64,000 bases of DNA from Pseudomonadota bacterium (lineage in GTDB: Bacteria; Pseudomonadota; Alphaproteobacteria; Caedimonadales; UBA1908), in the NCBI GenBank assembly GCA_020161545.1, contig JAIUNT010000002.1, forward strand, positions 4,980 through 68,979, read 5' to 3'. The notes under the pieces were generated by a model. That model did no database searches, was not told the DNA's origin, and saw nothing but the letters and a program-made list of their open reading frames with translations. This document shows positions 57,095 to 64,000 of the stretch, piece after piece (position 1 is the first letter of the stretch; each line of letters begins with the position of its first letter). A program made the translations under genes and the position numbers.

Positions 57095-57847
57095 ATGAGA
57101 ATGTTCCTTTTTGGATGTTTGCTTTTTGCCTCTGTTTCTGGATACGCCAGTGATGGGGATGCATCTTGGTGGCAGCTCCTCAACGCTATGTACGGTGCGC
57201 CGTCTTCTCCCATGCAGGAGCTGTGTATTCTTACGCCAGAAGATTTGCCTGACGTTGAGATGCCAATGGTGCGGGAGAATACCCTGTCTCCCATTCATGA
57301 ACGCGTGCCCATGGCTGACCTGTTTGAGGGGAGTTTGATCGAGGCGGACTTGCGATTTTTTCACATGCAAGGGGAGGGAGAGCGCGCTGACACTGACAGC
57401 GGTTGCGCCCAGGCACCTAGCGTTTTGCCACAGGTGAGGCCCTGGGCCCTGCCAGAAGGATGCGAAAGCGTGACAAACATGATCATGGCTGTGGCGCCCA
57501 CGGGGGATACCTTCGCGCCCCAACGCACCAAGAAAAGAGCAGGGCCTTTGGCGCCTCGCCGCCCACTGCCGTACCCCCATTTGAGGAGCGCGCTGTCGCA
57601 GCTCTTTGACAAAGTCGTGCCAGCTACTTTAAGGTGTGACCCAATGCCCCTCTTGGAAGGGGCTAGCCAATCCGCCGATCCGGCGCAAGTCGTACAAAGC
57701 GCGTCGGCAGATCTGGGATCAAATATGACCGGTCATCCCATGGAAGAGGGCAGCGTGCTCAAAAATGCCGTTGCCCAAATTTTTGGGTCCCAGAACAGTG
57801 CGGTGCCAAGATCAATAGATCCTTCCTTTTTGGTGTGGCAAGACTAA
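57095..57847 (+). CDS. Orphan secreted protein P7
   Basis: The leader is MRMFLFGCLLFASVSGYA-SD. It has a Pro-rich basic patch TKKRAGPLAPRRPLPYP and no recognisable domain. Confidence 0.5.
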   Translation: MRMFLFGCLLFASVSGYASDGDASWWQLLNAMYGAPSSPMQELCILTPEDLPDVEMPMVRENTLSPIHERVPMADLFEGSLIEADLRFFHMQGEGERADTDSGCAQAPSVLPQVRPWALPEGCESVTNMIMAVAPTGDTFAPQRTKKRAGPLAPRRPLPYPHLRSALSQLFDKVVPATLRCDPMPLLEGASQSADPAQVVQSASADLGSNMTGHPMEEGSVLKNAVAQIFGSQNSAVPRSIDPSFLVWQD

Positions 57848-57872
57848 TATTTAGTTCGCACATAATACTCAA

Positions 57873-57887
57873 TTAACGTTATTTTAA
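57873..57887. promoter_or_regulatory. CtrA-type box TTAA-N7-TTAA upstream of folE
   Basis: The site is TTAAcgttattTTAA, 48 nt upstream of ATG 57935 and next to TTGACA (57889-57894). Confidence 0.45.
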
Positions 57888-57934
57888 TTTGACAATTGTA
57901 ATATGAAATATTGGCGTTCTTTTTGAGATATGAT

Positions 57935-58498
57935 ATGGCTGATTTAGAGTTGCATCTTCGTGATATCATTAAGCATATGGGTGATGATCCTGACCGCGAT
58001 GGCCTGAAGAAAACACTTCAACGCGTCATACAGGCGCTCTCGGACTTGACCAGCGGATACAACGAAAACCTCGATGAGGTCATTAATGGGGCGATTTTTG
58101 AAAGCCCCAATACAGATATGGTTGTCTTGCGGCACATAGAGTTTTACTCCATGTGCGAGCATCATATGCTTCCTTTTTTCGGCACGTGCAGCATTGCGTA
58201 CTTTCCCAGAGGTAAGGTGCTGGGTCTGTCAAAACTTGCACGGGTTGTGGATCACTTTGCCCATCGTCTTCAGATCCAGGAAACTCTCACAGTCCAAATC
58301 GGCGAAGCCATCGGGCACTATTTGAACACACGGGATGTGGCCGTGACCATTGACGCACAGCACATGTGTCTCATGATGCGCGGGGTCAACAAACAGTCTT
58401 CCGTCACAACGACGTCAAGTTTCATGGGCGTTTTTAAAGAGCATGACACGGTTCGGGGTGAGTTCTTGCAACATCTGCACACATGGAGCGCGCGATGA
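57935..58498 (+). CDS. folE: GTP cyclohydrolase I (type 1)
   Basis: The sequence is [49 protein letters not shown]. Confidence 0.92.
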   Translation: MADLELHLRDIIKHMGDDPDRDGLKKTLQRVIQALSDLTSGYNENLDEVINGAIFESPNTDMVVLRHIEFYSMCEHHMLPFFGTCSIAYFPRGKVLGLSKLARVVDHFAHRLQIQETLTVQIGEAIGHYLNTRDVAVTIDAQHMCLMMRGVNKQSSVTTTSSFMGVFKEHDTVRGEFLQHLHTWSAR

Positions 58499-59199
58499 CA
58501 GGGATTGCCATCATTACTGGGGCTAGCCGGGGCATTGGCCGCGCAACCGCGCAAGTTTTTTTGGAAAAAGACTGGCGTGTTGTGAGTCTGTCAAGGAGCC
58601 CATGCGACGTGCCAGGCGTCTTGAATATTGCCATTGATTTTCTCGAGTGTGATTGGCAGGACCTTGCCCACGCCCACATCAGGCAAGCGGTCCAAGGGCC
58701 CCAGCGGATCTGTCTTGTGCACAACGCCGCTATTTCACAGGCAGACACCATCCAAGACCTCGATATTGAAACGTTGGGGAGAAATCTACGCGTGGGGCTG
58801 TTTGCGCCCCTCCTCCTCAATCAAATGCTTCTGCCACTTATGGGGCAGGGATCGTCTATTATTTACATCGGCTCGACCTTGTCTGAAAAGGCGGTTCCCG
58901 GATCGGCCTCCTATGTCATGACAAAGCACGCCGTAGCCGGCGCCATGAAGGCAACCTGTCAGGATTTGGGGGAGAGCCCGAATGTGCATACGTGTTGCCT
59001 TTGCCCAGGGTTTACCCATACACACATGCTTGAGGATATTTTCAGTGAAGAAGGGCAGATGGAAGCTCTTTTTGATCGCGTTTCTCAGCGCCGGCTCATC
59101 AGGCCAGAGGAAATTGGCGCGCTGGTGCACTTCTGCGCCGAAAGTCCTGTGGTCAACGGCTCTGTGATTCATGCCAATTTAGGGCAACTTGAGCACTAG
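58495..59199 (+). CDS. Short-chain dehydrogenase/reductase, candidate pterin reductase by context
   Basis: Classical SDR motifs are present: [11 protein letters not shown] and YVMTKHA (YxxxK). It has an ATGA overlap with the folE stop. Confidence 0.8.
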   Translation: MTGIAIITGASRGIGRATAQVFLEKDWRVVSLSRSPCDVPGVLNIAIDFLECDWQDLAHAHIRQAVQGPQRICLVHNAAISQADTIQDLDIETLGRNLRVGLFAPLLLNQMLLPLMGQGSSIIYIGSTLSEKAVPGSASYVMTKHAVAGAMKATCQDLGESPNVHTCCLCPGFTHTHMLEDIFSEEGQMEALFDRVSQRRLIRPEEIGALVHFCAESPVVNGSVIHANLGQLEH

Positions 59200-59268
59200 G
59201 CGCGCTTTTTGGCACGCTGTGCGGTCATGGTCATTGTATCTCAAATACCTATGAATAAATCAATTAAA

Positions 59269-59298
59269 TTGACATAAGCGTGCGATGTAATGAATAAT
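59269..59298 (+). promoter_or_regulatory. Putative sigma70-type promoter for P8
   Basis: The sequence is TTGACA-N18-AATAAT. This argues against ATG 59290 as the start codon. Confidence 0.4.
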
Positions 59299-59316
59299 CA
59301 TTTTTTTTACTGGGTT

Positions 59317-60348
59317 ATGGTTATGCGACGTTTTCTGGCAAAGTTTTCTTTTTATTTTTTGTGGAGCGTCTTTCTCTCTCATGTTGTTCTTGCGTCTTCC
59401 CATGGGGAAGAGTTGGTGGAGATGATCCGGCCGACCTCTATCCATGATCTTGCATTTTTAGATGAGGCCGGCCGCAAGGAGTCATACGAGGACACGTTTC
59501 ATGAGATGCAGGCCATGTTTGGCGAAAAAGACACACTCTTTGGTGTTTATCTCCTTAAAGTCAATACGGTCCCCGTTGCGGCCCACGCCCTGTGCGCCCA
59601 TAACCATAACGGTTATCTTGTGGCAGAAGGAATGACCGATGTGCTTGAGAGCCACCAAGGCCGTCGTTACGGAACCATTTTGCGTATGGAGGCCGCAAAA
59701 CTGGCACAAGACGCCATTGAATCTAAAAGGATATTCATGATGAATGAATGCCCAATGACCCTGGATTACCTTTATTCCACCAATGAATGGTTATGGGGCG
59801 AGAATCATCCGTCCCTTAAATCAAGTCTGAATGCGGGATATGGTGTGGCTTGTGTCTCAAGTCATCTGGGTTTGGCGCATCTGCTATTTCCCAAAAACGA
59901 AGCCATGTGGCCGGATGAGCGGGTGACTCATCTCATGGATGCTTCTGCCTTGATTTATAATGCGTATCAAAAAGGGCGCTCCTTAGCCTATGACGCCCAG
60001 GGTCATGAAGGGATCCCATTTGATCAAAATACGGAAATTGTGGATCACTTTAGGTATGTTATAAATGATCTAAATCTTGATAAGGATCATGATGCCATAT
60101 CTTTGCTCAGTTGTTTGCACTTTCTTTTGACAAAGGGTGAGGGTTTGGGCGCAAGGAGAGTGGTTGAAGAGTACTGCAGCGCGCTAGGCGATGCGCGCGC
60201 CCATCAAATGGTGTGCGTGCTGCGCGAGCAAGACGGGCCTGAGTCTAGGTTTCCTGGTGAACTTACAAGATATTTTTCAGTCCGCATGCCAAATGCTTTA
60301 AACTGCTCTGGGCTTTTGCCTTTGCTTGAGCGCGAAAGCAAGGCGTGA
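59317..60348 (+). CDS. Orphan secreted protein P8 with an N-terminal GNAT-like segment
   Basis: The leader is M(V)MRRFLAKFSFYFLWSVFLSHVVLA-SS. YLVAEGMTDVLESHQGRRYGTILRMEAAKLAQ resembles GNAT motif A (Q/R-x-x-G-x-G/A). The C-terminal half is unknown. Confidence 0.5.
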   Translation: MVMRRFLAKFSFYFLWSVFLSHVVLASSHGEELVEMIRPTSIHDLAFLDEAGRKESYEDTFHEMQAMFGEKDTLFGVYLLKVNTVPVAAHALCAHNHNGYLVAEGMTDVLESHQGRRYGTILRMEAAKLAQDAIESKRIFMMNECPMTLDYLYSTNEWLWGENHPSLKSSLNAGYGVACVSSHLGLAHLLFPKNEAMWPDERVTHLMDASALIYNAYQKGRSLAYDAQGHEGIPFDQNTEIVDHFRYVINDLNLDKDHDAISLLSCLHFLLTKGEGLGARRVVEEYCSALGDARAHQMVCVLREQDGPESRFPGELTRYFSVRMPNALNCSGLLPLLERESKA

Positions 60349-60383
60349 GGGTATTTGCAAAAGGTCTGTAATGGCGGGCGCGT

Positions 60384-60848
60384 TTATGTGCGCACAATCT
60401 CGACGATGTTCTTGTCTGTCTCCCATAGCGTGAGTTTGTGCAGACCGTTTCCTGGAATATGGGGGTCTAGCTCTTGCCAGAAGGCAAGGGCAAGGTTTTC
60501 AGTCGTTGGGATGACGCCTTTTAAAAACGGCACGTCGTGGTTAAGGTGATAGTGATCGACCTTGGAGACAATCACGTCTTCTAAGATACGCTTGAGATCC
60601 GTGAGGTTGATGATCATGCCCGTTTGGGGGTCGATTGTGCCTTCAACGCTGACCTCAAGCTGGTAGTTATGCCCATGGCCATTTGTTCTTGCGCACTTGC
60701 CATAAACGGCCTCGTTCCAAGCCTTGTCATAATCAGGATTATACAAGTGGTGAGAAGCGCAAAAGGAGGCGCGCCTTTTAAGTCTGATGCGGGTGTGGCC
60801 TGTGTTCATGGATTGAGGACGCAAGTTTACCTTAATTGAGACTAACAT
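60384..60848 (-). CDS. 6-pyruvoyl-tetrahydropterin synthase / QueD family (PTPS-I-like)
   Basis: FCASHHLYNP...YGKCARTNGHGHNYQLEVSVEGTIDPQTGMIINLTDLK...VDHYHLNHDVPFL...TTENLA closely follows the PTPS pattern FSASHRL...GKCNNPNGHGHNY...TGMVMNLTDLK. The start is uncertain, either 60848 or 60809. Confidence 0.85.
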   Translation of the reverse strand: MLVSIKVNLRPQSMNTGHTRIRLKRRASFCASHHLYNPDYDKAWNEAVYGKCARTNGHGHNYQLEVSVEGTIDPQTGMIINLTDLKRILEDVIVSKVDHYHLNHDVPFLKGVIPTTENLALAFWQELDPHIPGNGLHKLTLWETDKNIVEIVRT

Positions 60849-60965
60849 GGCGCTCAAAGACTTGCCACGATGTTTGATGGAACGCTCCTTTGACCCGAGT
60901 TGCATTGCACTTGCCAAAAAGCTAGGATCTCTCCCAAGTTCATTTGGTTATGTGCGAGACCCCCC

Positions 60966-62528
60966 ATGGGTATAAACACTTTTTTTGAAAAGAGCCCCCG
61001 GGCTTACGGCGGAGCAGCACTCCTTGGGGCGCTGTGTGCGCTGACCCAGGCGCCGGTGTCTTTCTCACCGCTCATTTTTCTTGTCTTTCCAGGGCTTTTT
61101 CTGTTGCAGAAGTCACGCGCCCCCCGGGTGCGTTTGTGGATCGGTTTTTTCTTTGGGCTAACCTACTTTGTGGGGACCCTATACTGGATTGCTGTGGCTT
61201 TTCATGTGGACATGGCCAGTTTTTGGTGGCTGACCCCCTTCACGGTTTTAGGCCTCCCTGCGTTCCTTGCGCTTTTCTTTGTGGGCGTGCCCCTTTGGGT
61301 GTACGGGGAGGCGAGTACGCGCCTTTTTCAAAGGCGAGAGAGCTATCTTCTCATGGCGGCGCTGCTTGCCGGGGGTGAGTGGCTGCGTGGTCATGTGCTG
61401 ACGGGCTTTCCCTGGGCCCTGTGGGGATACACCTGGGCACACAACGACGCACTGACCCAGCTTTTTTCCCTTGTGGGGGCGTATGGTATTTCCCTTCTCA
61501 CCTTGCTGATTGCGGGCGTGGGGCTTCTTTTTCCCCTGCGCGACCTGCGTCGCCGCGCAGCCTTTGGATGTGTGTGCCTTCTGGCCGTCGGCGGATACTT
61601 TTGGGGCGCCCAGCGACTCGCCCACTCGGGCGTGTCCTACGTGACGGGCGTGGGCCTTCGCCTTGTGCAGCCATGTATTTCCCAGAACCTAAAATGGGAT
61701 CCCGGGCACCAGCGCGCCATTTTTGAGCGTCTCGAGACCATGAGTCGCCTTTCCCTTGAAAAAGACGTGACCCATATTATTTGGCCTGAATCCGCGCTGC
61801 CCTTTTTTGCGGCCGAGAGCGAGAGGGCGCTGGCGCGGCTTGCAGGCGTTGTGCCGCAGGAAGGCGGCGCGGTCTTGTTTGGTGTGCCAAGGCGGTCGCC
61901 TGAGGGGCAGCCCGAGCAGTTGTGGACAAGCCTTATGGCGGTGGACAAAAACGCGCGCGTGAGTGCCACCTATGACAAGCATCACCTTGTCCCATTTGGG
62001 GAGTACGTGCCTGGGCGCGCGCTCTTGCCCTCATTTGTGAAGAAGGTCACGGCCGGGGCCATGGATTACAGCGCGGGGCAGGGGCCCCGTTTTGTGAAGA
62101 TACCGAATCTACCGTCTTTTTCGCCTCTGATTTGCTATGAGGTCATTTTCCCCGGCGCTGTGGTGGATCAGGAAAAACGTCCCGCCTGGATGCTTAATAT
62201 CACAAATGATGCGTGGTACGGACGCACCTCGGGTCCTTTCCAGCATTTTGAGATGGCGCGTGTGCGCGCAGTGGAGGAGGGTCTTCCCTTGGTGCGCGTG
62301 GCCAACAACGGGATTTCAGCGGTGATTGACCCCTTGGGCAGATCCGAGGTGCGCTTAGAGTTGGATGAAGAAGGGGTACTGGACGCGCGCCTTCCTAAGG
62401 CATTTGCGCCCACCCTTTACGGGCGCACGGGGGACACACTCTTTGTCTTGCTCTTGTTGGTAGCCGCACTCCTTGGTATGGTGAATCCACACTTAGAAAT
62501 AATAAGAAGAAAAAGGACACGCCCATGA
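60966..62528 (+). CDS. lnt: Apolipoprotein N-acyltransferase
   Basis: It has multiple N-terminal TM segments and a C-terminal CN-hydrolase domain (IIWPESALPF...KHHLVPFGEYVP...PLICYEVIFP...ITNDAWYG). Confidence 0.9.
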   Translation: MGINTFFEKSPRAYGGAALLGALCALTQAPVSFSPLIFLVFPGLFLLQKSRAPRVRLWIGFFFGLTYFVGTLYWIAVAFHVDMASFWWLTPFTVLGLPAFLALFFVGVPLWVYGEASTRLFQRRESYLLMAALLAGGEWLRGHVLTGFPWALWGYTWAHNDALTQLFSLVGAYGISLLTLLIAGVGLLFPLRDLRRRAAFGCVCLLAVGGYFWGAQRLAHSGVSYVTGVGLRLVQPCISQNLKWDPGHQRAIFERLETMSRLSLEKDVTHIIWPESALPFFAAESERALARLAGVVPQEGGAVLFGVPRRSPEGQPEQLWTSLMAVDKNARVSATYDKHHLVPFGEYVPGRALLPSFVKKVTAGAMDYSAGQGPRFVKIPNLPSFSPLICYEVIFPGAVVDQEKRPAWMLNITNDAWYGRTSGPFQHFEMARVRAVEEGLPLVRVANNGISAVIDPLGRSEVRLELDEEGVLDARLPKAFAPTLYGRTGDTLFVLLLLVAALLGMVNPHLEIIRRKRTRP

Positions 62529-64000
62529 GCCAAACACCCCTTATCCCACGCAGGGTTTTTTTCTCTAATCCTGACCATATTGGTACACAAATCAGCCCCG
62601 ATGGCCGGTGGCTTACATATATTGCCCCCCATGAGGGTGTCTTAAACCTCTGGATTGCACCGTTTGAGGATCCCCATCAGGGCACGCTCCTCACCCAAGA
62701 TAAGGGGCGCGGCATTCGTACCTATGCGTGGACGCATCTTGAGAATTATCTTGTCTATCAACAAGACAAGGAAGGGGACGAGAACTGGATCGTTTACGCG
62801 CTCAATGTGGAGACAAAAGCGTTCCATGCGCTTTCTCCCGAGAAGGGCGTCCACGCCACGATCCAGGCCATTGGTGACAAGGTGCCCGGCGAAATTCTTT
62901 TAGGCCTGAATGAGCGAGATCCAACCTTTCATGATATTTACCGCGTGGATTTGGTGTCAGGTAAGCGTATTCTTCTCATGGAAAATACAGCCTGGGCGGG
63001 CTTTTTGTGTGACGAGCACTTAAGTGTGCGCTTTGCCTTTCGCAGCCTGCCCGATGGGGGAGGCGCCTACCACCAGCTTGTGGGCGGAGAGGTGGACGAG
63101 GCGCCTTTCATGACCCTTTCACCCCAGGATGTTTTAACCACATCCATGCTGGGTTTTGATGGGAGCGGTAAAAACGTTTATATGGTGGATAGTCGAGGAC
63201 GCAACACGAGCGCACTGACCCTCATGGACCTTTCAACGGGTAACCATAAAGTGCTTGTTGAGGACTCCCTTGCCGATGTGGACGATCTTTTAATGCATCC
63301 AACCACAAAGGAGCTTTGGGGCGGGGCTGCGACCTATGACCGCAAACGCTGGCAAATTAAGGACGAAAGTGTGGCCAAGGACCTGGCGTACCTGGAGACC
63401 CTGCAAGACGCGGACGTTGAAATCACCAGCATGAGCGCCGATGGACGTGTGTGGGTTGTTGTGTTCACAAAAGACTGCGGGCCCGCCTATTACTATACCT
63501 TTGATAGAGATGCCCGTCACGCAACGTTCCTCTTTTCTGCGCGCAAGTCCTTGGAGGGGCTTCCCCTTACGCGCATGCATCCTCGCCTCATTAAGGCAAG
63601 GGATGGCTTGACCCTTGTGTCTTACTTAAGTTTGCCTGTTGATGTGGACGCAGGAGGTGCCGGCAAAACGTCGCGCTCCGTGCCACTGGTTCTGGACGTG
63701 CACGGTGGGCCACGCGCGCGCGATCGCTGGGGATATGACCCCGTGCATCAGTGGTTGACCAACAGAGGGTACGCGGTGCTCAGTGTGAACTACCGTTCCT
63801 CCACAGGCTTTGGTAAGGCCTTTATCGAGGCAGGCAACGGGGAGTGGGCCGGCAAGATGCATGAGGATCTTCTGGACGCCGTTAACTGGGCGGTGGAAGA
63901 GGGCATCACCACCAAAGAGCAGGTGTGCATTTTTGGGGGAAGCTACGGCGGGTACGCAACCCTTGTGGGGCTTTCCATGACCCCAGACGTTTTTGCGTGC
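62525..64000 (+). CDS. S9 family serine peptidase (prolyl oligopeptidase / dipeptidyl peptidase-like); 3' end lies outside the window
   Basis: My own translation from the ATG overlapping the lnt TGA gives MSQTPLIPRRVFFSNPDHIGTQISPDGRWLTYIAP... This is a beta-propeller region followed by the nucleophile elbow GGSYGGY near 63940. It is absent from the ORF track because no stop falls inside the window. Confidence 0.8.
   Translation, partial: MSQTPLIPRRVFFSNPDHIGTQISPDGRWLTYIAPHEGVLNLWIAPFEDPHQGTLLTQDKGRGIRTYAWTHLENYLVYQQDKEGDENWIVYALNVETKAFHALSPEKGVHATIQAIGDKVPGEILLGLNERDPTFHDIYRVDLVSGKRILLMENTAWAGFLCDEHLSVRFAFRSLPDGGGAYHQLVGGEVDEAPFMTLSPQDVLTTSMLGFDGSGKNVYMVDSRGRNTSALTLMDLSTGNHKVLVEDSLADVDDLLMHPTTKELWGGAATYDRKRWQIKDESVAKDLAYLETLQDADVEITSMSADGRVWVVVFTKDCGPAYYYTFDRDARHATFLFSARKSLEGLPLTRMHPRLIKARDGLTLVSYLSLPVDVDAGGAGKTSRSVPLVLDVHGGPRARDRWGYDPVHQWLTNRGYAVLSVNYRSSTGFGKAFIEAGNGEWAGKMHEDLLDAVNWAVEEGITTKEQVCIFGGSYGGYATLVGLSMTPDVFAC

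Noticed and set aside
56900-57580. A 226-aa minus-strand ORF overlapping P7 and the end of P6
   Set aside because: Its composition is Arg/His/Gly-rich and shadow-like, and it has no leader or RBS. The plus-strand P7 ORF has a signal peptide and fits the island's same-strand organisation. Confidence in P7 itself is only moderate.
60828-60845. TTAA-N7-TAAC near the 5' end of the PTPS/QueD gene
   Set aside because: The second half-site is degenerate, and the site overlaps one of the candidate start codons. The evidence is too weak to call.
1-64000. A window-wide look for CRISPR arrays, rRNA/tRNA genes, IS elements, integrases and phage genes
   Set aside because: I saw no regularly spaced direct repeats, no tRNA cloverleaf candidates and no transposase, integrase or recombinase motifs. 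A visual scan is not exhaustive, so tRNAscan, Infernal or ISfinder should confirm this.

Overview
The window reads as an alphaproteobacterial chromosome segment. Lineage markers are a MucR/Ros regulator, CtrA-type TTAA-N7-TTAA boxes, a DUF3035-like lipoprotein after lspA and an NDUFAF5-like methyltransferase. I support about 60 protein-coding genes, tightly packed, many with ATGA/GTGA start-stop overlaps. Most are housekeeping, in this order: a partial aromatic amino acid permease; ileS-lspA-lipoprotein-two M16 peptidases-pgi-mutL; a patatin-like lipase; upp; smpB-dapA; slt; an ABC exporter; an MFS transporter; an RND pump with its adaptor and a methyltransferase; GT4/GT9 LPS-core transferases; thrS-infC-rpmI-rplT-pheS-pheT-lepA-rimI; mucR; miaB-phoH-ybeY-corC; then lnt and a partial S9 peptidase. 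I recognised no rRNA, tRNA, CRISPR array, transposase or integrase by eye.

Four accessory patches stand out:
1. 951-7209: an orphan vgrG spike gene translationally coupled to two unknown ORFs. A 523-aa orphan follows, whose 3' end runs into a HicA-like domain in another frame at a CT dinucleotide tract.
2. 19009-20905: three paralogous small secreted proteins, each preceded by a CtrA box. Two of them arose by a tandem duplication that copied the 3' end of smpB.
3. 27771-30773: a 1000-aa signal-peptide or lipobox protein that fuses a DXD glycosyltransferase, a polysaccharide pyruvyl transferase and three C-terminal repeats.
4. 52270-60917: an insertion of about 8.6 kb that splits the normally contiguous corC-lnt junction. 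It carries eight orphan signal-peptide proteins, including a family with a conserved CGAxxED leader junction, and a folE-SDR plus PTPS/QueD pterin module.

All functional calls come from motif recognition by eye. No database search was run.
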